Counted from the first letter of the stretch, positions 13,305 through 26,015 are shown. The stretch: DNA of 64,000 bases from Mobula hypostoma (GCF_963921235.1 NC_086119.1:32550001-32614000), one strand, 5' to 3'. Notes: a model not told the origin generated them from the sequence alone. Numbers and translations: made by a program.

Positions 13305-14522
13305 GTGTATTTCTCCTTTGGCTCCTCCCACTTCCTTCAAACTAAAGGTGTAGCCATGGGTACCCATATGGGTCCCAGCTATGCCTGCCTTTTTGTTGGC
13401 AATGTGGAACAGCCCATGTTCCAAGCCTATACTGGTATCTGTCCCCCACTTTTCCTTCGCTACATCGACAACTGCATTGGCGCTGCTTCCTGCACGCATG
13501 CTGAGCTCGTTGACTTCATCAACTTTGTCTCCAAATTCCACCCTGCCCTCAAATTTACCTGGTCCATTTCCAACACCCCCCTCCCCTTCCTTGATCTCTG
13601 TCTCTGGAGAGAGCTTATCTACTGATGTCTACTATAACCCATGGACTCTCACAGCTACCTGGACTATTCCTCTTCCCACCCTGTTACTTGTAAAAATGCC
13701 ATCCCCTTCTCTCAATTCCTCCGTCTCCACCGCATCTGCTCTCAGGATGAGGCTTTTCATTCCAAGACGAAGGAGGTGTCTTCCTTTTTTAAAGAAAGGG
13801 GCTTCCCTTCCTCCACCATCAACTCTGCCCTCAAATGTATCTCTCCCATTTCACGCACATCTGCTCTCACCCCATCCTCCTGCCACCCCACTAGGGATAA
13901 GGTTCCTCTTGTCCTCACCTACCACCCACCAGCCTTCGTGTCCAACATATAATTCTCTGTAACTTCTGCCATCTCCAATGGGATCCCACCACCAAGCTCA
14001 TATTTCCCTCCCCCCCCACCACTTTCTGCTTTCTGCATGGATCACTCCCTACACGACTCCCTTGTCCATTCGTCCACCCCATCCCTTCCCACCGATCTCC
14101 CTCCTGGCTCTTATCCTCGTAAGCAGAACAAGTGCTACACATGCCCTTACACTTCCTCCCTTACCACCATTCAAGGCCCCAGACAGTCCTTCCAGGTGAG
14201 GCGACACTTCACCTGTGAGTCGGCTGGGGTGATATACTGCGTCCGGTGCTCCCGGTGCGGCCTTCTATTTATTGGTGCAACCCAATGCAGATTGGGAGAC
14301 CGCTTTGCTGAACACCTACGCTCTGTCTGCCAGAGAAAGCAGGATCTCCCAGTGGTCACACATTTTAATTCCACATCCCATTCCCATTCCGATATGTCAA
14401 TCCATGGTCTCCTCTACTATCAAGATGAAGCCACACTCAGGTTGGAGGAACAACACCTTATATTCCGTCTGGGTAGCCTGCAACCTGATGGCATGAACAT
14501 TGATTTCTCTAACTTCCGTTAG
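13305..14522 (+). pseudogene. PLE RT + GIY-YIG endonuclease, frameshifted
   Basis: ORF pieces 13305-13625, 13641-13952 and 14037-14522 (VIY..C..C...FIG.T..RL.DRF.EH...E...PDGMN). Confidence 0.9.
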
Positions 14523-14813
14523 TGCCCCTCCCCCCCCTTCTTACCCCATCTTCAATTTAAAAAAAATTTTTTTTCTTCTCTTTCCCTTTCACAATAACTC
14601 CTTGCCCGTACTCCATCTTCTTCTGGTTCTCCCCTCCCCTTTTCTTTCTTCCAAGGCCTTCCGTCCTATGATATTCCCCCTTCTCCAGCCTTGTATCCCT
14701 TTTGCCAATCAACTTCCCAGCTCTTAGCTTCATCTCTCCCCCTCCTGACTTCTCCTATCATTTCGGGTCTCCCCATCCCCCTTTCAAATCTCTTACTATC
14801 TCTTTTTTCTGTT

Positions 14814-14849
14814 AGTCCTGACAAAGGGTCTCGACCTGAAACGTTGACT
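14814..14849 (+). ncRNA. Minimal hammerhead ribozyme motif, mutated (CUGACAA; GUU site)
   Basis: agtc-ctgacaa-agggtctcgacct-gaaa-cgtt-gact. Confidence 0.7.
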
Positions 14850-17306
14850 GTACTTCTTCCTATAGATGCTGCCTGGCCTGCTGCGTTCCACCAGCATTTT
14901 GTGTGTGTTGCTTGAATCCCCTTTTAAAACTGTCTTCAGAAGCTGATTCAACAATCACAACTGGGTAGGTGTTAACTGGATGCCCACTTGCTCTTTCACG
15001 CATTTAACTATACATTTCTCCGTTCGCTGCCCATAATCTTTGATGCCATTTGGCCAAGCAAGTCCTCCAAATGCTAATAAAGTACACTATTGCAGCCAAG
15101 TTTGCATTGACCTCATAGGAAAATATATGAACTATAGCAATGGATGCAAAGCAAGGACAATATCAAACGACAAACTTGTTCCCGTGCAGGTCATGTAACT
15201 ATTAATCCTCACGTTTTCCTTTACATACAATTCCTCAAACAGGTTTCCCAGCTGGAAGGCAAGCAAATAGATGAAAAAAATTATTAACAAACTCTAAAAT
15301 AAACATAAATGTGAAGTAGAAACAACAATTTTCCTTACAAAGTCTCATGTAACTAAACCAGCCAGCTACCATTTAGAATATTTACAAGCTTTTTAGACAA
15401 ATACAGGAAGCTTATGATAGATTCACAGACATCTGATAAAATAATGACATGAGATGTTATATTGTTGATGTAAAGGTTCACATGATTTAGGACTTTGGAA
15501 GATCTGATGTGCAGTTTGAAGCTGACAGACATCAAGTTGTCCTGGCTCCATACAAATCATTAAAAGGGATTTACTGGTGATCAGCCACAGTGCAGAAAGC
15601 AGAAATAGACTGAACCAACAAAATAAAGTAAAGGGGTATCATATAATATCACATTCTCAACACATCCTGTTGTACCTCTTGGGCTCCCAGACACAAATCC
15701 TGTGAATTGTCAGGAGTATAGTTGTATAACCTCTTTTACATCAGAAAAAGCTGGATATAAACAAACCAGTGGACAGCAGCACTATCATTGTACCAGATCC
15801 AGAACTGGACCAGACTAAATATGCTCTGACCTTTCTCATTAAACTTGAATTATCTCAATTTGAACCATCTCAAATGATCACTTTAGTTAAGATGTTTCAT
15901 CCCTGCTACTATATCAGCCTGATAGCCTTTGGCTACTGCAGCTTGCAGGTCATGTGATTGTAATTAACTTCTCTGTTCCCCTTTGATTTGTATAGACCTT
16001 TGGCCTTTATCAAATCCATGCAGCTGAGTTTTGCTCACTTGAAAGGATTCCTGACGAACTAATTGTAAATCAATGGTTTTAAGAGATTAGTGTCACTGTC
16101 ATATCACAGCTGTGTGCTCACTGCATTTAACACTGGCTCAGCAACGATTATCCCTGCATATGGTTTTAATTTTGGGCACAGGAACCATAAAACAATGTTA
16201 TAAACAACCATTTTGAAAGTTTGAGAAATAAATCAACTGTAAATCAATCATGCTACCAAGGATGCACCATAATTTCTCGGAAACCGTGTGAATGCCATAA
16301 CAATATGTTATTCGATGTGTAGTTTTGCAGCAGAAACAAATGATTTTTAAAAATGTACACACAGATGAGGAAGCAGATATTTATTCCCAATTATTTGTTT
16401 GAGAATTGGGACTCTTTTCAGACATTCAATTACATTGCATGCAGTTGACATTGGGGCTGACCAATTGTCCTGAATGGTTTATGAAGAACTATCAGCTTGC
16501 CGTGTTTAACACACAAAAAAAGTTGCAGCAAGATTAATCACTGTTTCTCAGGCCTTAATGTGGACAGCAGCAGAGTAAATAGATGTTCTCTGCTGTTAAA
16601 TAGAAAATAGCACTTGCTGAAGAATGTAATCCAAGCTCAGGGGCTAAACTGAGTTACTGATGTGTTTCCAGCTGATGTAATGGAGGAACTGGTAACTGGA
16701 AGGTGTCGAGAAAACAGTTGCCATTATCATTTGCGATCTGTAAGTAGAGCTACTAGGACTTGATGTTTCAATCCCTATGGTAAGTTGACACTCTCGATGT
16801 TGGCAGTGGATTTAGCGTGGTGACAGGGAGGGAGGGTAGGTACGTCATCGGGGTCATCAGGTGGGCACCCTCCTTCTTTGACGTTTCGTTGATAAGCCCA
16901 TGACGTCTCCGGAGGGCTCAATGGTGCTACCTGGCGTCGCAGATGCACCCCCTCCCCCTCAGTTCCACACCCTCCTGTCTTCATCTTGCAGCCCAGTTGT
17001 TCATTTAACAGCTCATCTATGTCATGACAAAGCCTTATTGTTTTCAAGGTGATACAGTTGAGTTAATTCTTTCTGCAGCTGCTTGAATGTTAATTTTAGC
17101 CATGTTAATCCATATTTGGCAGCAATCTGGATTTGACCCATTATAAAAGTTATAATAATTTTTATAAATCCGCTCATTTATAAATATTATTGGAGGCCCA
17201 GCACTTCCAAAGAGATTTTGGGTAAATACAAGATTGAAAGCAAGTCTATAGTGTCCTGTCATAGCCAATTATTGAGCTGGGTGAGGATTGGTTAGAGCCA
17301 ATCAAA

Positions 17307-17445
17307 GACACAAGAGATTCTGCAGATGCTGGAAGTCTTTGGCAATACTGTACACAAAAAATGCTGGAGAAACCCAGCAGGTCAGGCAGCATCTATGGAG
17401 GGAATCGAACAGTTGATGTTTGGCACAGAGACCCTTCATCAGGAC
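17307..17445 (-). mobile_element. Short PLE-terminus-derived element with decayed hammerhead
   Basis: Minus strand gtcctgatgaagggtctctgtgccaaacatcaact plus pLTR tail. Confidence 0.75.
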
Positions 17446-17860
17446 ATTGGTTGGAGCCTATGGCTGGCATTCTAGAAGGACAACATCAACTAAACTGTAA
17501 AATTCCCAGGTGTGATGACTGGCTGAGCATTCCTTCCTCTCATTCAAAATCTCTCTGTCTTCAAGCAATGCAGGTCAGTCAGTGCCAGAGCTCCTGCAGG
17601 CTTTAACAAGTGCAACGCATCAACCATACAGACACAGAGACTGCAAATGTTGGAATAAAGAACAAAAAAAAGTGCCTGGGGAAACTCAGAGGGTCAAACA
17701 GCATTTGCGGAGGCAGAGGGATGGTTGACATTTTTACGTAGATTCCTGATGCAGGATCTGAGTTCCTCCAATAGTTCAACTTTTACAGCAAAAATAGTTT
17801 TTTTTTAACACCAAAATCTAAATATGAGGTGCAGAATCCAGAGAGATGAGAGGTGCATTT

Positions 17861-18400
17861 ATTCAAAGTACCTTTATTATCAAAGTATATATGTAGTATA
17901 TAACTCTGAGATTCACCTTCCCACAGACAGCCATGAAACAGAGAACCACCATGGGACCTGTTCAAAGTAAAAACATTAAACCCTCCTCCCTCCCTATGCG
18001 CAAAATCAAACACACAGCAACAAAAATTGAGCGAAAACACAGAATATAAAACACAAAACTCAAATGGAATATTTCAGTTCAGCTCAGTGTTCATTATCTA
18101 CAGTCCATCCCAATTCAAAAATCATCCAAAAATAGGAACGAAATAGGAGCAGCCAGAAAATAGAACACGCCAGAACATGAAGTGTCCAATCCGCACACCG
18201 TGTTGATTAAACCTTGCTCCCGTATCATCCTCCAACAGCTTTGAGGAGGAGAGAGAGAGCACTCAAACACAAGGACCTTCCTTCAGGAGCAGCGAGTGGG
18301 AGGGAGAGAGAGACCATCATGCACAGACACATTCCCCCGGCAGCAGCGAGCGAGATTCAGGTAGATGCCGCTAAACACTCACTCACCACCGCACCCACCT
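17861..18400 (-). mobile_element. Non-autonomous element family B (Rex1/Babar-like 3' tail)
   Basis: 3' end (ctgagattca...tttattatcaaagt) resembles the tail at 7755; related to 27870-27990, 34000-34268 and 45695-46385. Confidence 0.55.
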
Positions 18401-18953
18401 CGATAGTTTCAATATTCCTTGGGCCCCTGGCCCTCATGCCGTATGCTTTGCTCATGGGATGCTCTCGGGGACAGCCAGATGGCCTGACCAACCCCAAAAT
18501 GCAGTGCTAGAATGTAGATGCTGTCTGCAACAGCAGCAGGACCGCATGTGAAATAAAAAGATGCTGTACAAGAAGTAGAAGGAGTTGCTTTGTGACCCGT
18601 CCTGAGGAAGTCACCCTTGGTAGCGTCATTCGCTTTTGCTAACTTCTTCCACTAGTTAATTTTTTGAGGCGGAATACTGGACAGAAATTCATTATTCTTC
18701 AGTTTATGATGTCACAAAAAACAATCATAAGCTTGCTCCAGTGTGTACAGGTGGTTCTATTTACATGGTGATCAACAGGCAGGTGGAGAGCATTATTAAC
18801 AGCAGGGGTTCACATTTTGTTAGCCTGAGCCTGGATATTTTACTGGGATACATATTATAACATACATGGCAGCAATTGCTTCCTCCTTTTGTTTAGCTGG
18901 CCAGGCATAGCTTCATCCTCCAAATGAAGTCTCCATGTTAACTCAGAATAACA

Positions 18954-19096
18954 GACACAAAATGGTCGAGTAACTCAATTGGTCAGCCAGCATCCATGGA
19001 AATGGATAAACAGTCAACATTTCAGGCCGAGACCCTTAACACCAACTGTCGATATGGATGCTGTCTGACTTGCTGAGTTCCTCCAGTGTTCGTTGG

Positions 19097-19138
<42 letters not shown>

Positions 19139-19182
19139 ACGCGCGCCTCTGGATTTCCAGTATCAGCAGAATCTATTGTGTC
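18954..19182. mobile_element. Fold-back PLE-terminus element containing an expanded (GT)n
   Basis: Inverted pLTR arms; partial hammerhead at 19012-19037; (gt)n at about 19099-19137 arises from the pLTR tgtgtg. Confidence 0.7.
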
Positions 19183-19524
19183 CATGTTAATTCACCAGTT
19201 TGTATTTGAAAAGCTGGCCCAAAATTAAATTGATCTGCTGTTTGATAGAGATAAAGCTCTATTTTGAATCAGGCTTATTTTTAATAACAGCTGACTATTT
19301 CTGAGGCTCCATGCTTCATTTTAAAGTCTCTATCAAGACTATTTGTGCACAGGCTTTCATTGAAATGTAATGAAGATAAAATGTGAAGAAATATGATGTG
19401 GTATAAGATTGCAGCGTTTTTATTTCCTCAGTGGGATTCCCATTATAACGATAAACATGCTAGCTATGAAAGAGAAGGAATGCAGAGTACCAAGGAGATT
19501 ATTATAAAAGTAGATTTGAATATG

Positions 19525-20082
19525 TACTCAGTGGCCACTTTATTAGGTATGCATGTAGACCTAATTTTGTTAATGTAAGTATCTTATCAGCCAATCATAA
19601 CGCAGCAACTCAATGCATCATAGCATGCAAGTTTGGTCAAGAGGTTCAGTTGTTGTTCAGACCAAAAATCAGAATGGGGAAGAAATGTGATTTACTTGAC
19701 TGACCATGGAATGTCTTTTTGTGCCAGATGGGGTGGTTTGGATGTTTAAGAAACTGCTGATCTTCTGGGATTTTCCCGCACAACCATCTCTGGAGTTTAC
19801 AGAGAAAGGTGCGAAAGCAAGAAACATCCAGTGAGTGACAGTTCTGTGGGTGAGAACACCTTGTTCATAAGAGGTCAGAGGAGAATGGCTGGATTGGTTG
19901 AAACGGACAGAAAGGCAACAATAACTCAAATAGCCATGCATTACAACAGTGGTTTGTAGAAGAGCATCTCAGAACACACACGTCACAAGTGGATGGGCTA
20001 CAGCAGCAGAAGATCCACAAACATACACACAGCGGCCACTTAATTAGGTACCGGAGATACCTAATAAAGTAGCAACTGAGTG
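19525..20082 (+). mobile_element. Tc1-like deletion derivative, copy 2
   Basis: TIRs actcagtggccactttattagg / cctaataaagtagcaactgagt; decayed HTH coding region; homologous to 10827-12019. Confidence 0.85.
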
Positions 20083-20434
20083 CATAGGACTTTAGCCTGA
20101 AGCTTGCTGTGAATTTTAATCAGCTCAACATCATATACCAACCAGTATTTCCAGAAACGTTACATTTGTAATTTCCACACATGTATGCACGTGCTGAATT
20201 ACCAAAATTGTATTCAGTTGTTTGCTGAATCTTTTGCTAATTTCACTCTGCCGCTGAACTTTACAAAGTCCACTGGTAAATCCCAAGGTTGAGGGAGCAC
20301 CATATAACATGATATGAAAATCTGCATGAATAAATGGCACAGGCAGTTCTTTATTTGAATAATAGAAGATGGAAAAAGGCCCTTTAGACCATCTTGTTCA
20401 CCCTAATTGTATTGCCCAATGAGCTAGTGTCACT

Positions 20435-20836
20435 TCACACCCTCCCTCCTTCTCACATTTTCTATTCCCCATTCTGGTTACCCTCTCTCCCTCTGGTCCC
20501 CCTTCCTCCTTCCCTTTCTTCCACGGTTTACTGTCCTTTCCTATTAGATTCCTCCTTCTTCAGCCCTGTACCACTTCCACCTATCAATTCCAAGCTTCTC
20601 ACTTCGTGCCCCCTCACTCCGTCTCACCTGTCACCTAAAAATTTGTACTCCTTTCCCTCCCCCATTTTCTAATTTTGGCTCCCCCCCCCCACTTCCTTTC
20701 TAGTCCTGATGAAATGCCTCACCCCGAAATGCCAAATGTTTATTCCCCTCCATGGATGCTGCCTCACTTGCTGAGTTCCTCCAACGTTTTTTGTATGTGT
20801 TGCTCAGGATTTCCAACATTTGCAGAATCTCTTGTG
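20435..20836 (+). mobile_element. Old PLE 3'UTR/pLTR fragment
   Basis: Pyrimidine-rich UTR, agtcctgatgaa...ccgaaatg decayed hammerhead at about 20702-20737, tail gcagaatctcttgtg. Confidence 0.7.
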
Positions 20837-20921
20837 AATAGAATAGGTGGTGCCATCTACCTGTGTTTGGCCCACAGCCTTCTAAACTTCTCCTATTCAC
20901 GCACTTACCTAGATGGCTTTT

Positions 20922-21480
20922 ACATAGAACATACAATAGTACAGCACATTACAGGCCCTTCAGCCCACAGTGTTGTGCCGACCCTCAAACCCTGCCTCCC
21001 ATATAACACCCCACCTTAAATTCCTCCATATACCTGTCTAGTAGTTTCTTAAACTTCACTAGTGTATCTGCCTCCACCACTGACTCAGGCAGTGCATTCC
21101 ACACACCAACCACTCTCTGAGTAAAAAACCTTCCTCTAATATCCCCCTTGAACTTCCCATCCCTTACCTTAAAGCCATGTCCTCTTGTATTGAGCAGTGG
21201 TGCCCTGGGGAAGAGGCGCTGGCTATCCACTCTATCTATTCCTCTTATTATCTTGTACACCTCAATCATGTCTCCTCTCATCCTCCTTCTCTCCAAAGAA
21301 TAAAGCCCTAGCTCCCTTAATCTCTGATCATAATGCATACTTTCTAAACCAGGCAGCATCCTGGTAGATCTCCTCTGTACCCTTTCCAATGCTTCCACAT
21401 CCCTCCTATAGTGAGGCGACCAGAACTGGACACAGTACTCCAAGTGTGGCCTAACCAGAGTTTTATAGAGCTGCATCATT
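20922..21480 (-). mobile_element. Young CR1 LINE, 5'-truncated
   Basis: Open ORF 20985-21479 LYKTLVRPHLEYCVQFWSP...WNALP; nearly identical to 43360-43920. Confidence 0.95.
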
Positions 21481-21499
21481 AAATTTTTAATTTGTTAAT

Positions 21500-21740
21500 G
21501 TGCCCGCCATCCCGCTGCTGCACGTAGGGAATTCATGCATCCACACCGTGACCGCATGGGTTTCTTCCAGGTGCTTTGGTTTCCTCCCACAGTCCAAAGA
21601 TGTACTGGTTGGTATGTTACTTGGCCATTATAAATTGGCCCATGATAAGGTTAGGATTAAATTGGGGGATTGCTGGGTGGCGTGGCTCAAAGGGCCAGAA
21701 GGGCCTATTATTTCGCACTGTATCTCAATAAACAAACAAG
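21500..21740 (+). mobile_element. V-SINE fragment
   Basis: ggtttcctcccacagtccaaaga V-domain; aagggccagaagggcct tail. Confidence 0.7.
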
Positions 21741-21787
21741 CTACTATTTCCAGCAACTCCCAAAAACACATCAGACTTTAAATGATG

Positions 21788-22427
21788 CATACACGAGGAA
21801 ATCTGCAGATGCTGGAATTTCAAGCAACGAACATAAAAGTTGCTGGTGAACGCAGCAGGCCAGGCAGCATCTCTAGGAAGAGGTACAGTCGATGTTTCGG
21901 GCCGAGACCCTTCGTCAGGACTAACTGAAAGAAGAGCTAGTAAGAGATTTGAAAGTGGGAGGAGGAGGGGGAGATCCAAAATGATAGGAGAAAACAGGAG
22001 GGGGAGGGATGGAGCCAAGAGCTGGACAGGTGATAGGCAAAAGGGATATGAGAGGATCATGGGACGGGAGGGCCAGGGAGAAAGAAAGAAAAGGGGGAGG
22101 GGGGGGAATGCCCAGAGGATGGGCAAGAGGTATAGTGAGAGGGACAGAGGGAGAAAAAGGAGAGAGAGAAAAAGAATGTGTGTATATAAATAAATAAATA
22201 ACGGCTGGAGTACGAGGGGGAGGTGGGGCACTAGCGGAAGTTTGAGAAGTCAATGTTCATGCCATCAGGTTGGAGGCTACCCAGACGGAATATAAGGTGT
22301 TGTACCTCCAACCTGAGTGTGGCTTCATCTTGACAGTCGAGGAGGCCATGGATAGACATATCAGAATGGGAATAGGACGTGGAATTAAAATGTGTGGCCA
22401 CTGGGAGATCCTGCTTTCTCTGGCGGG
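21788..22427 (-). mobile_element. PLE 3' fragment (GIY-YIG end, 3'UTR, pLTR)
   Basis: PVATHFN...PDGMNIDF; near-TSD ctttaaatgatg / ctttatatgatg (21776-21787, 22428-22439). Confidence 0.95.
21887..21922 (-). ncRNA. Minimal hammerhead ribozyme motif (core intact, AUC site)
   Basis: agtc-ctgacga-agggtctcggccc-gaaa-catc-gact. Confidence 0.8.
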
Positions 22428-24270
22428 CTTTATATGATGATGCTAACACTGATGTGCCTTTTAAACCTTCCACTTTTTATCTTAAACCTATGCCCTCTTG
22501 TGTTTAACACCCCCTTCCAGACAAAAAGAACCCCCCCCCCGACAAAAAGAACTCCCCACCCCCATGATCGGATATGCCTCTGTCAGGTCACTCCTCCATC
22601 TCCTACGTTTCAGAGTTTTTGATCATTTATTAATCTCTGTGAAGGAGAGCATCAGCAAGGGATTGAGAACTATTACATTTTTAGATTTTTTTAATGCTTC
22701 GGTTCTATTCTCATTTTTTTTAATTGTATGAATTACTGCTCATCGCTATTGAATGTTTCTGAATGGTAGCAACTTTCATAGTGCTTTGATAGTTTTAAAA
22801 GCAGGCAAAATGTTGATATCGGATATGTCCCTTTGGTTTATCAGAGGAGGCACTAATCCGAGTTTGAGGCTCCAGGACCACAATATAGGATTAATGTCAG
22901 GGGACACCCTATGGCAGTGTACGTCCTTACTGCTGACGGTCTGCTCATCTTCACCCAGAAAAGGATATGAAAAGCTGAGGTGGAATTCAGACTCAAAACT
23001 ACATTTTATCAACTGAATTTAAAATCCATGCTGCCACAGTGAATCTAAAATCACACTGTATCTCTGGACATTCAAGTCCAGCCTTTTGGATTACAACCCG
23101 CTTCAATAAGTACACCAGCAATTCAGAATTTTGAAATCACAGCAAGAACATATTTTCATTTTTAGGGTAAAAATTTTGAAGTCCTACTGCCTCGCCATGT
23201 CCGTAAAATAATACTTTTTCCAAGTGTTCATGAGGCTTTGGACAGCTAAAAATGACCATCATACATTTCCTCAGATTAGCTGTCTTCCTACATGCTGTGT
23301 TTCATTTTCTCATTTGAAACGAATATATGAGGATTTTCTACTCTGCAGCCTGACTTGGCAGTAAAGCACAGTTTTGATACCAGTGTCACCAAAGCAATGA
23401 AGTTTGTTGCGCACTGGGAATTGGGGGGAAAGAAGCAAGCGAGCAAAAATCTCTGCAAGAAAGGGTTAAGTAACCAACTGTTTCATTCTGCCCTGGTCTG
23501 GGCAGAGTGACTGCAATAAATCATTCAGTCTGATGAAATTGCATTTTGTTTTAGAAAAGATTAGTGGTGAGATTTTACAAAGCAAAATTAGTTTCTGAAA
23601 TCGAGCATCTGATTTTTCTATCAATCTGATTTATTCCATTGCACAGTCCAGTGCAGAGGATCTCAGACTTTCAAGAATTAAATGTGCACTACACTTCCAC
23701 ACATCAAAGCTACGCAGAGCCAGCTCACTCTGTAGCCTTAAAGGGATTACGATGCAGCGAAGAAAGCAAGTAGGAAGTGTACGTTGGAAGGATAAAAGGT
23801 TCATTAGGATAAAGACTATTGAATTAAGAGAAGAGCTCAAGCTGAAGGCTGCAGGGTGCCAACAACAAAATATATCAGAAATCAATGGGCGATTAGCAGG
23901 TTGATTTTGTTAATTACTGGAATCGTTTCAAGCAGCAGAGATTGATATAGCAAAGATGTTAAAAAGACAGTATCTACTGGGACCCAATACAGCTACAACT
24001 ACTTTTAAAACATTGCTCTACAAGAAACAGGCCCTTTAAAGTGCAAATTAGCTCAGCTTCAATTTTTCCCTTTGAAAAACTTCCAGGCTTTAATATTGGA
24101 AGATTGTGGAAGTAGAAGGAACCCAGCTATGATAAAGATTACTGCTTAAAATCTTGCTTTACCTGGTGGTGTTCTGGTGTGCACTCCCCACGTTGTGTTG
24201 TAATATTGTGATTAGAATTACTTCACCTTTCTAGTCTATTCCTCGGAATCAAGGATGTCTTACTTCCCAA

Positions 24271-24908
24271 CAGGTCAGGCAGCATCTCTAGGAAGAGGTA
24301 TCATTGACGTTTCGGGCCGAGATCCTTCGTCAGGACTAACTGGAAGAAGAGCTAGTAAGAGATTTGAAAGTGGGTGTGGGAGGGGAAGATCGGAAATGAT
24401 AGGAGAAGACAGGAGGGGGAGGGATGGAGCCAAGAGCTGGACAGTTGATTGGCAAAAGGGATATGAGAGGATCATGGGACAGAAGGCCTAGGGAGAGAGA
24501 AAAGGGGGAGGGGGGGGAAGCCCAGAGGATGGGCAAGGGGTATAGTGAGAGGGACAGAAGGAGAAAAAGGAGAGAAAGAAAAAAAGTATGTGTGTATATA
24601 AATAAACAACGGATGGTGTACGAGGGGGAGGTGGGGCATTAGCGGAAGTTAGAGAAGTCAATGTTCATGCCATCAGGTTGGAGGCTACACAGACGGAATA
24701 TAAGGTGTTGTTCCTCCAACCTGAGTGTGGCTTCATCTTTACAGTAGAAGAGGCCATGGATAGACATATCAGAATGGGAATGGGATGTGGAATTAAAATG
24801 TGTGGCCACTGGGAGATCTGCTTTCTCTGGCAAACTTTACGTCCCATTCCCATTCTGATATGTCTATCCACGGCCTCCTCTACTGTAAAGATAAAGCCCT
24901 CTCTCTCT
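24271..24908 (-). mobile_element. PLE 3' fragment with 5' inverted segment
   Basis: Same family as 21788; 24840-24898 is an inverted copy of 24726-24786; imperfect TSD cttacttcccaa / cttaactcccaa; hammerhead core at 24302-24337. Confidence 0.9.
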
Positions 24909-25319
24909 CTTAACTCCCAATCCTGCTGTGCAAAGTCTGACAACAGGATTCACACAGATGCTGCCTGACCTGCTGAGTATTTACAGTATATTCTCCTTCT
25001 ATATTAAAAATTACAAGTTCTGTCCTTTGTCTGATCCTTCACATTTGGTCTTACTAGCCTCTGTATTCCTTTCTTCAGTGTGGAAGATATAGGATTGCCT
25101 CTAATGCAACAGCTTCCTCCCTCCTTCCCCAGATCTCTATTGGCCTGGCATCATTTTAAACTTATTTTTCTACTTTATTTTTTTCTTTTGGAGTAGGTAG
25201 GCCATTCAGTCCATCGAGTTTATGCCAGTCCGCTGAGCAATCCCATCAATCTAATTCTCCCAGTAACTTCCTTCCACCATGTTCCCTCTGATAGGTCTAT
25301 TAAATCTCTGAGCCTTCTT

Positions 25320-26015
25320 AATGTATTAAGATCATGCTAACCTGAAGAACATTTTACCCAAATTCCACAAAGCCACCATACATCCTTATGTTGCCTCTCT
25401 GACCACATTTCCATAATGTTAATCTCAGCATACCGACCACTGATGAAAATGGAGAAACCAGTCAAGGCAACCACTACTATATGTCAGGACTGTTTTGAAT
25501 GGAGTAGCTGGCAAATATTCAAGGAAGCCACCAGAGATGGAGAAGACAGAGACTGGAGGAATATGTCTCATCTCTGTCACCAGCTACGTCCATAAGCATG
25601 AAGATGATGTCAGTACCTCAAGAGTGGTCCTCTCGAGGCCCAGCCAGAAGCCGAAGTTGAACACAGAGGTGCACTCCTCACTAAATGCCCTGCGAGCTGC
25701 CTTCAAGTCGGGAGACAGAATGGCTCTCAGAGCAGAGAAGAAAAACGTAGGCACCAAGAGGGCAAAGACCTCCTATGCACAAAAAATTCAGGAACACCTG
25801 TCCAGTCATGATTCCCAGCGTACATGGGTAGGCATGAAGGGCATTACTGGCTATGCAAGGAAAACAGTGGCACCAGTAACGACTGTACCAGTGACACCTC
25901 CCTCCCTGACACTCTAAGAAACTTCCCTGCACATTTTGAGGTGTACAACACAACGCCAACCTCAAAAGCTACCCCCTTTCCAGGTGCATTTTTAACAGCA
26001 GCAGATGTGAGAAAT
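25320..26015 (+). mobile_element. Highly decayed Rex1/Babar-like ORF2 fragment
   Basis: End of APE domain (SDHISIMLI.AYRP) and linker (AFKSGD...RAK.SY..KI...W.GMK.IT.Y). Confidence 0.65.

Larger units (their letters stand above)
13175..14912 (+). mobile_element. Penelope-like element (Neptune type), 5'-deleted, with direct pLTR copies
   Basis: RT motifs GVAMGT.MGPSYACLF and RYIDN (YIDD-like), thumb, Cys-rich linker, GIY-YIG; 13-bp TSD tgaatcccctttt at 13162-13174 and 14913-14925. Confidence 0.95.

Noticed and set aside
16672-17047. Possible small exon (16672-16739/16779) and 90-aa minus-strand ORF
   Set aside because: No domain similarity recognised; stops in the longer exon form
21840-22193. 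Recurring ORF MLVNAAGQAASLGRG... (also 24255, 34835, 42908, 63493)
   Set aside because: Antisense reading of the purine-rich PLE UTR/pLTR, non-ATG start in most copies, frames diverge between copies; not a gene family
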